Origin: Sphagnum compactum
Lineage: Eukaryota
NCBI GenBank assembly: GCA_965153455.1
Contig: OZ234493.1
Span: forward strand, 22,062,213 to 22,126,212
Direction: 5' to 3'
DNA: 64,000 nt
Shown: positions 1 through 12,906 of the stretch, in pieces
Numbering within the stretch: the first letter of the stretch is position 1
Layout of the letters: the number at the start of each line of letters is the position of its first letter
Notes under the pieces: model-generated
Told to the model about the DNA's origin: nothing
Database searches by the model: none
The model's input: only the letters and a program-made list of their open reading frames with translations
Made by a program: the position numbers and the translations under genes

Positions 1-3000
1 TTATAAAGTGTAATATGTTTGTGTGCAAAAGGTGGGTGTTTTCAAAAAATGAAATTCTTGAAAGATATTTTTGAAACAGTCATCATCATTTTTTCAAATT
101 TTTTGTTGTGAAACCCATCAAGTATGATGAAGGTTTTTTAAATAGAAAAAATTCATCAATTCTTACATTTAATAACACCATCAAATTAAGGGAGTTCCCA
201 AAGTAAGGACCCTTCAATTTACTTTGAAAAGTCCTTTACTTCAGGTAGGTCTTTACTTCAAAAACTCCCTAATTCTAAGGTGTTACCCTACACAAAAAAT
301 TGCTTTTGGTCAATATAGACACTTCAACAAGCGAAAATTCCCATTAGGCTTTGCAAAGCAAATTTTATACCGAAGGTTAAAAGCTACAGTAAAAAGCAAT
401 GTTGGATGGTTATCAAAAATGGTGTAGCCAAAAAGAAAAGGTCAACCAAACCTCATAATTCCACTACATATAATGGTGATGATAGAACAAAATACCAAAT
501 TGGTCAAAAACTATGCTTTGCCATGAAACCACCTATTCACAACTACATTACATATACTAGGGCTTAGGTGAATCAAACCTTTTTGGATTCAATTTCATTG
601 AGCATCCATGTATCTCCTAATAGCATTACTTCTTCCTACATCCCATCAAAATCCCATAAGTTTTTACAAGAAAGAAAATTCAACCCAATCCCACACCTAA
701 TGAATAAAAAATCAACAATTTCCCAAATGGAAACCAAGTGCAAACCCCAAATTCAAAGCGCCAACCAAGATACTCACTTCATCCCATCCCAGAATCTACT
801 TCCCAAACCCAAGCTTGGTCACTCTTGAGACAATGCCACTAAGAAATCATTCATGAACCCCCTAAATTTTGCGTCATTTTCACCGACAACTTGTAACTAA
901 CATTCTACCATAGACTCTATATCTCCAACACAATGGAATCTCAAAAAACAAAGCCATGCACATAAAACATTCATTTCCAAATGCATTCTACATCAAAACA
1001 ACTCTACTCAGAATCCAAAACAATGTTCATTGAAAAAAAAACTTAGCTCTTGCCAAGATTAAAGGAAAACAAAAAAAGTTGTTCCACTAATGAATCGTCC
1101 TCCTTCAAATAGTTGAAGTTCCAAATCACCATAAAATCTTGCCAACCAATTGGAACCAAGACTCTACGATCCACCATGAAAAGCAAAAAACAAACATGAT
1201 AAACTTGTAAGCTCATATTTTAAAACATGGAGACCAAGATGCCCACATTCTTCTTCCTTCATGATTGTAAACACTTGTAAACATAACATAGAAAATAAAT
1301 ACTATTTGTAGCAAAGCATGATCAACATGAACGGTTATAGTGGTTTATCAAATATTGGATTAAAGCAACACCTTTTGAACTTTTTACCTAAGATTTCCTT
1401 TTAGGTCACAATGGAACCTAATAACTGGTTATTTTCGATTACATATAATTACAAGTTTTTCCAAAAAATCAAATTTCGAATTTTGATATAAAATTGCAAG
1501 GTTTTAAAAAGTTGAAAATTGGTTTTAATATATAATTGCAAATCTCCAAAAAATTCTAAGAACTGTGAGATTAATAGCCTACTATAACTATTAGTCTTTG
1601 GTAAATTATTTTGTGAAAACTTCTAGTTTTTTGAGGATTTTTCAAAAAACTTGAATTGAATGTTCTCTAATTTTTAAAAAAGAAAATACAAAAAAATGGG
1701 ATTGGAGGTTCTTTGATTTCCATTCAAAAAAAAACACTAGAACCTAAGTTATATAAAAAAGAATCATATAACCACCAAACATTAATACAAAGGTCACACA
1801 TTTACTAGGTTGATTATCTTGAACTTTTGGTCTTTGAGTTTTATAAGTAATCAGAGAGGAACTAGGATAGTACAAATTAACTTCAACCATAATTATTTTA
1901 TTTGTAGAAATGTGGATTTTTTTAAAAAGTATTATTTTCAAAGATTTTTTTTATGAAATAAAATAAAAAATCTTCTAGAATACTTTTAAAAATTTATTTT
2001 CAACATGCAATCTTTATTTAATACATAGATAAATAAGATGTATGTTTTTAAAAATTATGGTGGTGTCTTTCTCCCATTTTATGATTTTGTGTATTTTGTC
2101 TATTGCATTTGCATTTCAAAACTTTTTGATCATATCAAGACTTTGGCAGGTATGGAATTTGGACTTTGGAGCTCACTTTTCATTAATTCTCAATTGATCT
2201 AATTCTAAGTTTGTCAAAGATCAATGAATTCAAATTGATTTCTTTTTGGTTTGAAATTCTTGGGTTTTAAGGATTGTGCATCCAACACCTACCATGGTTT
2301 TTCCTTAGTTTTGCAATCTTGACATTTTGGCAAAAGAATTCCAAGAAATTTGCAAAATTAATCAAATTTACACTAGAAAAAAAATTCAAAAATTTTCGAA
2401 CTATTGTTTTCAAAAAAATTAAAAAATTGTTGGAAAAAATCCATTTATTACTTACATTGCATCGTCCATTGGAAACCCATTATGATTTAATTGTGGTTGG
2501 AACTAGTGTTGGGTGGGTATTAAAACTGAAACCTAATAACCAATGATTTCAAAGATGTATAATGATGATTTTCAAAAAAAATCAAATAACCAGTTAATAA
2601 TGAAACACAATTTTCAAAAATTTGAGAATCAATTATGATATACAACCACCTGTCTCAAAAAAAATTTAAAATTGATCAAATAACATTCTACAAAATTGTC
2701 AATTATTTATTGAAAACCATTATTTTTTTAAGCTTTTAAAAGTTACATTATTGGAGGTTTTTTGATTCTGAAAGTTTAAAAAAAAAATTGGAATGGGAAT
2801 TATAAAAAATTAGATAACTACCCAACATTATTTAGAACCACAAACTAAGTCATCAAGGTTCCACCTTAATTACCTATCTTGTAAACCCTCCTATTTACAC
2901 CGCACATTACATAGGCAACTACTTATGTAGGTGGGCAAGTACCATAGGTAAGTAGGTAGAATTTCCACCCAATGTCATTGATAAAAGATGTTTTAACTTA

Positions 3001-6000
3001 AGTGGGAAAATTAGTGCATCGGATGGAAAGGTTTTTGACAAATTCATATGGCCTTTGAAGGCATTAAAATTTTATATTAACCACAAACAATAGTGTGTCA
3101 TTGGAGAATATGCATCTTAAAATGAACATTGTGACTTTTACCCACCTAGCCATGAGAAAAAAATGGAAATCGATGTAGACTTAATTCAAATCTTCTAGTA
3201 TGTATGCTTGCAATGTACAAGTGTGGATGGGTGACATTAAACTTAACATAGGGAAATAGGTAGGAGGTTTAATGTTTGTGTTATGGATCTTTGCAATTGA
3301 ATTACTTGCAACATGTGAGTTGTGCGGTGCTTGGGACAAAGGTAGATGGAGAGTTGGAATGTATGAAAACTAATCATATATGTGAGAGATAGTTAGGTGA
3401 AAAAGTCAAATTGGTTCCATCTTTTGATTAAACAATATTTTGAATTGGAACCTTTTTTTCATCCCTAAATGTTTCCAATTGCATTATGCATATTCCCATT
3501 CAAATACGTAATTGTTCCCATTTATGATTCTCAATTCCTCTTAATTAGTTCATTATTGTGTTCCCCATGTGTTTTCATCATTTATCCCATATTCTTTGCT
3601 TAATGTTCATGTATTTCATTCCTCAAGCTCCCATTTGTTCTTTGTATTTGCTTACAATGGCATTATTTTTTAATATTCTTTTCTTAAAATTGTACCATTT
3701 TAACTTGTATAAGTAAGTCAAATTAAAAATGTTATAACATTATCTATCTATAATTATGAAAATTGAATACATTTTTGGCTAATTCAAAAAGATTATCACA
3801 AAAAGAAAACTTGAACTTTGGATGGATTCATAATTAATTAATGTGAATCACAATATCAATGAATGTTGAACTTCCTATATCCAAGTTATTAATGATCATT
3901 GTATGACAAATTATACATCCTTTCAAATGAAATAATAATGTTATGCCCTACTTTGGTATATGCATCTTTAATCATTTTTGCATCATAATCACTTTATTCT
4001 ATGTATTGTATTACAAATTAAGCATCTTCAACACATGCCTATAAAAAATGAATTACTTTTGAAATTTTGATGCCAAAAATAAAATAAACTTGAATATTCA
4101 AAAATATATTCTATTTTTCTTTGAACGAAAACACTCATTTTGGAATTTGAAAACTTTGTGAGCAAAAAAATAAGGGTCTCGTATATTGGTTGTAAGATAA
4201 AAATTATAAATCAATTAGTTATATAATGGGATCATGTTTATTATCAAAGCCCAGATACACTTAATATTGGGTATGCATTGATTTTAAGTATTAAAAAACC
4301 ATTAGGAAAAATATAACATACATGTACAAGGGACTTAGGTATTACTTGTTAATAAGTCCATTTAATTTTTTGTAATTCAAAGTTTGCAAAAGTTTATAAT
4401 GTCACTTTAGGTTTTGAATTTGATTTCAATTTTGGGGGAAAAAAAATGTCACAAAAAGGTTGGGGAAGTTTCTTGGATGAAATAATGAATGTTGTTAAGG
4501 ATTCCTCCTTGGCAATGTGATGTTAAGTTGAGTATATAAAAAGAATCATGATCTTATTTATGTTAAATGGTTGTTTGCCTTGTATACGTGTGCATGTGGA
4601 TAGATTGTGCATCTTTCATTACTCTTCATAGCTTCAACTAAAACTAGAAATAGAAACAAATGTATGATATAAAAATTCAATTCAAACATATTAAAATTTA
4701 AATTAAGTTTAGGGTGGTTTAAATATGTGAATATTAAAATTTAGATGATAATAGGGTGGAAAAATTAAATGCACCCTCACATAATACTCCTTAAACAATA
4801 TCCTATCTAATGCAAAATGTAAAATTTTAACATAGAATCAAAGATATTTTCCTTAGGATTTTCCCTCATAATTTTTTTCCTTTAATACTTTTGAAAATTA
4901 AAAAATTTCTATAAATGATATATTAGTGTGAAAGCTACAAAGATACTATGGTATAGACCATTAACCTTCAGAATGATTGGTGAAACATTATAAAATGTAT
5001 TCATGCACAAATTTTTGAACTTTTTACATTACAAATTTCATCACACAAATTGTATTTGTATTGAAAAATTGATGATAAAATCCCTTCAAATATATAAAAA
5101 TATTTAAATAGTTAATGGATGTTAAATTCTTTTTTTCATCTAGGCCTATTAGGCATTTAGATTACATTTCCATGACATTATTTCAAAGTTTATTTGATTA
5201 TGCAAGCCAATAGTTTCTAAAAGTTCATTAATTCATCTCATGAATGATACTTTATTTTATTCAATGTTTTCACTTCATAATCTAGCATGTTAAGCACATA
5301 TAAAGTTAGCATGATCGATTATCATTTGTGTTTAATGATTTTAATACAAGTATATTTCAGAAATAGATATATCAACATTTACTTATTTTTCAATTAATAC
5401 TTAATAATACTTGGGCTCCTCATTGTTCTACATTATTAGCAACAATCAATCTAACATAAGGTTGGAATATTGATATATTTTCATTTATTTTAATAAGTTT
5501 ACAATATCAAAACAAAATTCAATGATCATATAGATTTTCCGTGAAATCATTTATGCCTCCATTCATTTATATTCCAAAATTCAATTTATGACAATCTTTA
5601 ATCTACAATGTTTGAGGTGGGTGTTATAAGGTGGATTTTCAACTTGCAATTTTAAGTTCCTAAATTTAGTCAATACCATGTGAAATAATATGTGGAAATA
5701 TATTATGTTAGAAATCGTGTCATAATAATGTGTTTACCCATCATGATGGTAAAATTATTTTTTAATCATGTCGATGACATTATTGTTTAAAAAAAAGACA
5801 GTGTCATGACAATTTCATATTATGTTTTTTATTATATCATGGTAATTTTCATGTTTATGTTTATTCATAATGTTTTGGCAATTTGTGAAATGATCTAATC
5901 AAATTTGTTATGTGGAAATTTGTGTGTTTTTGTTCATTGATCATATTTTGACAATTTTTGAACTTATAGAATCAAATTTGTCATGAATTTTTTTGTGTAA

Positions 6001-7059
6001 ATGTGCATTGTTCAATATTCATGTTGCATTTCACAATTTGTGTTGTTGTGTCATTTTAATTGTTTTGCAAGATAATTATTTTTTTGTTCAATATCATGTG
6101 ACCTAAATTGAATTCAAGTATGTGTTGGGAGGACCAAAAAAATTCAATTTCTACATGTGATGATTCAAAAGTGATGATATGAAAAGGCAAATATAAAAAG
6201 ACATTCATGTGAAATCATCTTTAGAAATTGTCATTGAAAATGGACAATTTAGAGAACCTAAAGTTGCTCCCCTTAAGCCAACTCTTGTGTATCATTATCA
6301 TTAGAATTATGGATTAGTTCGAAATAGGCCCATGAGATAATAATCTTAAATTATAATGGAGTTCATATTTACCTAGTTTTCACTTTGTTGCTAATTATTT
6401 ACATGTATAAAATGTCCATCACCTGTGTGAAATTTTCTTTTGTGTTACAATACCCCAAGATTTCATTGACCACTACGCAAAAGCAACAATGTTACTAACA
6501 AATATATGTACTATCTTTGCAGAGTCACCAACGCATTTATGACACCATTTTGCATAGAAACATACATTATGAGCCATCTTCCAACTTGAGTTTAACCTTT
6601 TTTTTTTTTTCCTAAGGCAACTTCCTTTTCCTTTACTAACATTTTTTTATTTCCCAAGAGTCATCACCTTTTTTTTCAACATTTTCACCACCATGGTTTA
6701 GAATTTCCTAATATCTTATGAACTATTCGTTGACAAAGAAATATAATTGTGCCATCCGTTTTTCTCCAGTTTTTAAAAAAAAAAAAACATGAACACACCT
6801 TCAACTAATTGAAGTTTATGGCAAAAATGTACTAAATTATAAACATGTTCAAATCACATTAACATATGAGTGCTTTAGAATGCATCTACCAATTGAAAGA
6901 GCCTTAATGTTCACACAAACATTTCATGTTTTGTTATGTGTTATGATTAGAACTCAACATTATTATTTAAACATTTCCATCTATTACATTATAATGGAAC
7001 TTGTATACATTAATTTGAGCTTTGCGTTGTTACACACTACCAATGACAATCAACTGTTT

Positions 7060-7385
7060 TATTTTTTCTTATGTTTTCATTTGGTTTTCAATTATTCATC
7101 ATTATTTATGTCAATGTCAAACTTAATTTAAATTAATATACAATTCATGGACTTGAAAAAACACATGTTAATTTGTTTTTTCATATCCATGTTGGTGAAT
7201 AGGGGAAAATAGTGAGGTAGTTATAAAATGGAGGTATTTATTAGGAAAGGTGGGAAATAATTATTAAGAAGTTCATAGGAAGAGGAAGCAATTATTAAAA
7301 AAAGATTGAAATAGTTAGGCTTGACAATGAGGTAGCTATTTTGAAATTGTTTTTGGAATGGTCCATGGACAACCATATGAAGGAT
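7060..7385. repeat. Dispersed AT-rich repeat (probable non-autonomous TE remnant); related copies at ~30985-31285 and, inverted, at ~61660-61795 and ~62435-62500
   Basis: Shared blocks such as ggttttcaa-ttattcatcattattt/catgtcaatgtcaaa, catgttaatttgttttttcatatccatgt and gtccatggacaacc align by eye between copies. Confidence 0.7.
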
Positions 7386-8669
7386 TCCGAAAAATCCCCA
7401 TATACCAGTTTTGATTACTTATCATTTGAACATTTCCATCTATTATACTATAATGGTTGTATATATTAATTTGGATGAATTACAACCATTAAATAATGTG
7501 AAATTAAGTTTGGACATATAAACATGCACATGATACAAAGGGAGGAGGGGGGAACAAAAAGAGGAAGTATACCCCTTCTTTATTACAACAAGGTTTTTGA
7601 AATATTGGGAAGTTTTTTAAGTTATAGGAGGAACCTCTAGTTCTAGGTCTTAAAATTTTCAAGGGATTGGTTTTAGTTTAGTTTTGACTTTTATTTTACA
7701 AAAATCAAATATATGTTTGGTTCTAATTTTTTAATTTAGGGGGAGATTTTGGTTTTGATCCCTTTAAAATTTCAAATTAACTTGGTTCAAAATTTCTAAT
7801 TAACTTGGTTCCAATTTTAGATCCATAACCTCTAGTTTTGGGTAACCTTTGGTTTTAGTTTCAATATGCAAAACACAAAAATCTTCAATGTGAAAAATTT
7901 GAGCTTTTATTCCAAGAAAAGAAAAGGTTATTACAAAGGTTTGAAAATGTCAAATTAGCTTATTTTTACATTCTAAACTACACTAGATGTTCGAAGGTCC
8001 AAAGAAATTAAATAAACAATAATGCGAAAACCTAAACTATTATTCTTGGATAGACCCCCAACTTTTATTGTGGAAAATGTCCCCAATTTTTTATCTATTA
8101 GTTGTTTTGGTTGGTAGCCAAATTTGGCAAGGTCCTTTTTTGGACATTGTTATTGTTATACCACCTACCTCACCAAATGAAGAAAAACCTTGTTCTAGAT
8201 ATGGGAAAGAGTAGTTAGCAAGACAATTTGCAATAATATAACAAAATGCACATTTTAATTTCAAACATTGTGATAGTTCACTTGTTGAATGATTTCAAAT
8301 TTTTTTTGATGTACAAGGTCTGAATCTAGGTGAAAACACATTATGGCGATCCCCTTTTAGCCTTTTTTGATATAATATTATAGTATATACCTTCTGATCT
8401 AATGCATTTAATTTTGGGTTTAAGTTTTGTTGTTCATGCTTTAAGATTGAATATCCAAAAAATTCATTGACACCATTAACTTAACATCATGGCAAGCCCA
8501 ATACGGTCTATTATAGAAAACCAAGAGAACCAAATCAGAACAAGGTGATTTCACATCATATTTTGTTAAACAAAGGGGGAAATACTAATGTTGAAAGTGT
8601 GATTAGCCCCTTCAAAAGAAAGATTGCCTTAATCCCCTTCAGACCACTACCTTCAACATTAATCTTAGT

Positions 8670-8745
8670 TAACCATTTTCCCATTTTAATACTTATGGGC
8701 ATGATACAGATCATTGTTTCACATTACACCCAAAACCATGGAATA
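8670..8745 (+). mobile_element. Possible decayed Ty1/copia gag zinc-knuckle fragment
   Basis: One frame reads NTYGHDTDHCFTLHPKP, resembling the GHxxxxCFxLHP second half of copia gag CCHC knuckles. No LTRs or pol were recognised. Confidence 0.3.
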
Positions 8746-9499
8746 AATTACAATTACAAATTGTTAATGTTAACAAAGGACATGATTCCGAGAAAGACCA
8801 TAAAAGGAAAGGTGCCATCAACAAGGGTTTAACACCCAAGTCAACACTAAGTCAACCCAATAGCCTTGAAGCGAGATTCACACATTTTTAATCTTTCATT
8901 ATGAATATGGCATTTCAAGTGAAATTGGGTACACTAGTTTCATAACCAATGAAAGGCAAATCATCACCATTTGATCATAATGATGATTGGGTTATTTTGG
9001 TAAAGCACAATTTGTAGGTTTTGTGGTAAACCATGATGTTATGCTAGATCTTCTTTCGAGGAAATCAGGACCCGCATGTACATGGTAGTGGAAACCATGA
9101 TAGGGTTTCAAGTCATGTCAAAATGTTTTTGACGATTGCACCATTGATAAGAATGAAGCTCAAGTGTAAGAACCACATGGTGTTATGAAGAATTATGAAG
9201 CTCAGGTGTAAGAACCACATGGTGTCGATGAACAATTAGATCTTCAATGTGGTGAGGCTCAACATCAGGCTTCAGACAGACTGTCTTGCTTGCTGTGCAG
9301 AATCTGTCAATCAACACATTGTTTTCCACAGAGCAGACTGAAAAGGAGTTCTGAGGGGTGGGGGCTACCTGAAGGACATGAAGACCTGTACAAATCTCTG
9401 GTCCTTGTTGGTGGACCCAAATCCCCCAAATGAAAAGATAAAGAGCTGCAAGACAACAATCTCAGGTACACACGAAGGCCCTCTCTTAGTAGCAACAAG

Positions 9500-10080
9500 T
9501 TGTTGAATGTCAAGTTTTGCAGCAAGAGTTGAGCATCTCTGTCAATGAGCTTAGGTCTTCCAGTCAGAGATTGAGCCTGCAAGCCCAAATTGCTGCACGA
9601 GGGCTCGAGCTCCTCCAGTTACATGCCCACACCATATGTCGCTGATCAACATGAGCAAGACAACGATACTCTTGACACAGTGTTTTGTTGATTGCTGTTG
9701 GAAACCCATCTTGTGAGAGTGTTTCTAACTGACTAAGTTCCTCAAACTTTTTGTCATTTTCCTCATGCCTAGCATCTCTACAGCAACCACAAGTATGAGC
9801 TGATTTTGGCAGATTCTCTATATCTTTTGCTGAGAAAAAAGGCTATAGCTGACCTCTAATCAAGTGCAGGAGATGAGCATTGAGGGCTATTCATTCATGA
9901 CAGAAATGAATGGGGATCTCACTGCGACAACATGCTGCTGCCACCATCAAGTTGTCATCACCAAGTATGACCTTGAAAGGGGGAAATACCAGCAGTGCTT
10001 ATGTCTGTGAATGTAAGCAGCCATTGCAACAGATGGCACAAGCAAACAATCGAGATCCTAACTTTGAAGTAGTTCACATT
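9500..10080 (-). pseudogene. Decayed RBR/IBR-type E3 ligase-like fragment
   Basis: One minus frame reads FACAICC...LGDDNLMVAAACCRSEIPIHFCHE*IALNAHLLHLIRGQL*PFF...KSAHTCGCCRDARHEENDKKFEELSQLE...RHMVWAC. This resembles RING1 (..D.SL.P.RCC..IP) and IBR/RING2 segments with in-frame stops and deletions. Confidence 0.4.
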
Positions 10081-10199
10081 CAGTCTACAGAGACTACATG
10101 AAAGGTCCCAAAACCAAACAGCACAGTTCACTATGAATTAGTGTGCCACTGGTTATGCAAACTATGACTTCAATTTGTGCTAAAAACTCTGAGCCTCAC

Positions 10200-10620
10200 T
10201 TGTGCAGAGAGATTGGTTATCCAGTCCACAAGATTCCATTCAGCTTCAGAACTGTTGAAGCTCTTCTCTGTCAATGTGTGTAATGTATTCAACATTCATA
10301 AGCATTCTCAATAACCAATGTTAGCAAAAATCACACTAGATTCCACCCATCAGAGTGTTTCAGTGGCAAAATGTTCACCATTCACCACACTAGAGATGAA
10401 GATTTCCACAATACTTAGGATCAAGGAAACAATTGGCGCCATTAGGTGCAGAGGAGGGACATTATTAGGGCCATCTTCAAGTAAGCATACCAGGCCAAAG
10501 TCTGTGACCCTTGCTACCAGATTGCCATTGAAATCCTTGTGTACAAGAGTTCTGGTGTGGAGATCTGTAACTCTGCATTCACACCACCCCCAATAGCCCA
10601 TAAATTGATGAATGCTGGAA
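10200..10620 (-). pseudogene. Receptor-like kinase (RLK/Pelle) domain pseudogene fragment
   Basis: LVHKDF-NGNLVARVTDFGLVCLLEDG (subdomains VIb-VII with a deletion), frameshifted SAPNGANCFLDPKY (VIII), then LHTLTEKS and EWNLVDW (IX-X) near 10290-10220. Stops and frameshifts are present. Confidence 0.7.
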
Positions 10621-10811
10621 CCCAGTAGATCCCTGAGTCAGAAATTCCTTGTCAATTCTTTGGTGACACAAGAACTTGCAATTATGGGACATATTGCACA
10701 CACTCTAAGTGGCTTCTATACTGGCAGAATTCAACTCTGTTGCAGTTACATTACTGAGCCTGAAAACCACCACAGAATGAATGTTCATACCTTTTGGCTG
10801 CATCAAGGGCA

Positions 10812-11260
10812 ATTGCCACAATAAACGTCACATATTGTACATTGTAATGGACATTGTAATGCAATATACGCCACAATAAACGTCTCACATATTGTAATGG
10901 TCGTTGTAGTGTAATATATGCCACAATAAACCCCACATATTGTACATTGTAATGGTTGTTGTAATGTTATATATGCCACAATAAACGTCACACTATTGTA
11001 TATTGTAATGGTCGTTGTAATGTAATATATATGCCACAATAAACGTCACATAGTGTACATTGTAATGGTCGTTGTAATGTAATATATATGCCACAATAAA
11101 CACCACATATTGTACATTGTAATGTAATATATGTCACAATAAACATCACATATTGTACATTGTAATGTAATATACGCCACATATTGTGCATTGTAATGGT
11201 CATTTTAATGTAACATATGCCACAATAAACGTCACATATTGTATATTGTAATGGATGAAA
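10812..11260. repeat. Minisatellite, ~60-62 bp unit, about 7-8 copies
   Basis: Unit gccacaataaacgtcacatattgtacattgtaatggtcgttgtaatgtaatatat recurs in tandem, with internal deletions in later copies. Confidence 0.95.
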
Positions 11261-11502
11261 CCACAAAGTTGACCTCACACACGTCATGAGCAGCGACTTT
11301 TTGTGTGAGAGAACTCACATTTCTCCTGAAGTGATAATCGCATCCTTAGAATGCCATGCCATGATAGATAGATAGATAGATAGATGCCATACAAGCTTAG
11401 GTTCAATTTCATGCCTAAAATTAGACCCACTTTACACACTATGAGTCAAGGCCAATGTTCCATCATTTATATATATCTTGATTGCAATGTTGTAGCATTT
11501 AT

Positions 11503-11625
11503 TGGCCTTGCCTACCAAGGCAAGAAAGAAGGATATGTGTGTTGAGATTCATTACCTAGAGAGTATTATAATAGCTTAAGGGATTTTGGCCCCTACTAGG
11601 TAATAATAATAATAATAATAGGTCT
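11503..11625. repeat. Dispersed repeat; inverted copy at ~60481-60575
   Basis: tagcttaagggattttggcccctactaggtaataata is the reverse complement of tattattacctagtaggggccaaaatcccttaagcta at ~60483; flanking ggccttgcctacc also matches. Confidence 0.8.
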
Positions 11626-12074
11626 ATTTTTTATTTTAGTTTTTATATGAGGATTTTTGAAAGATCGATATTTTGGCTTATGTTGAAACTTGAGAGATTA
11701 GTTACAGAGTTGTAATATATCTTGAAGGATTTTTGGTTTCTTGGAGAAGGGTTTTTTTTTTGAAGATTAATAATATTTTTGCATGGTGAAATATTTGAGT
11801 GTTTCCATATTTCTTCTTTTTTTGAGTTGTTTCTAAACAATATAAAATATAAATATCCCCGTCCTGGAAAAAACCAAAATCAAGGTCTTTGAGTCCAAAT
11901 TTTTTAAAAAATAAATTAAAAAGAAATAAATTCAAACTACTAAATCCAGCAATTTCATTGGCCATAACATTTTTTTTTTCTAGCACACCTACACACACAA
12001 GCCTATTGAACACCCTCCGTATATATACTAATACAAATACTAAAACCCTTGTATGTATGTGTACAGATAGACAG

Positions 12075-12300
12075 GGTTTAAAAAAAGGGTCCATTTTTTA
12101 TTTTGCTAGTAGTGCAAATTGGACTAATTTGGCTAATTTTTTTGGGAAAAATTCTCCAAATTTTTTATATCAAAGAAATTGAAAAAAAAGGGGTCCATTT
12201 AAAAAAAAAATTTGCTAGTGTAAATTGGACTAATTTTGCTAAATGTTTTTGGAAAGATTCGCCAAATTTTTGATATCACAAAATTGGAAAAAAAGAGAAA
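12075..12300. repeat. Two tandem copies of a short AT-rich dispersed repeat; related copy at ~30620-30740
   Basis: tttgctagt(a)gtg(c)aaattggactaattt(t/g)gctaa...caaattttt(t/g)atatca..aaattg(g)aaaaaaa occurs twice here and again near 30670. Confidence 0.7.
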
Positions 12301-12906
12301 AAGAAAAACTCTGGTAGGTGGGGAAGCTGGGGGGGGCGGGAGAACAAGACGTTTGCGTATTTTAATACATAAATACATACGTGTACAAAATCACGATACG
12401 TACATACGTACATACGCTCCTTCTGGATGTCACTCTTCTATCGTGAGCTTTGCTTTTCATGCTTGCTCTCTGCTGAGGCTTCTTCAAGGCTGCGCTGCGG
12501 AGCTGCCGCATTTGCATTTGGGTAAGTCGCAGCAACTTCATGTCTGTATTTTAGAGATCTTTGGAGCAAATGTGTTTGAGTTTTGTGTAGTTTTGAGCAC
12601 TGGGTTTTGACTCCCATTTTTCCTTCCCATTTTGAAGATTTTTCCGAAAATGTGTGTGCAGGGATCGGAGTTTGATGTGTATGGATTGCTGGTGTTGTTC
12701 GCGGTGTTGTTGAGTTCAGAGTAAGGTGAAACTTGTTTCAAAAAAAATTTCTTGTATTTTTTTTTCTGGTTGTGATTTTTTTAATTTGGGTGGAAGCAAT
12801 GCAAGCATCTTTGACTGAGGGGGTGGGATGTTTGCGTGATTGGGGTGGGGGAAGGGAATAGTGGAGTAGAAGAAAAGAAGAAGCAGCAGCAGAGAGGGCA
12901 GCCCAA

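Noticed and set aside
1-6900. Short ORFs in very AT-rich DNA
   Set aside because: No recognisable domains or splice structure; likely decayed repeats.
10812-11260. Regularly spaced repeat resembling a CRISPR array, and repetitive Cys-rich ORFs
   Set aside because: Whole units repeat with no unique spacers, there are no cas genes, and the context is eukaryotic.
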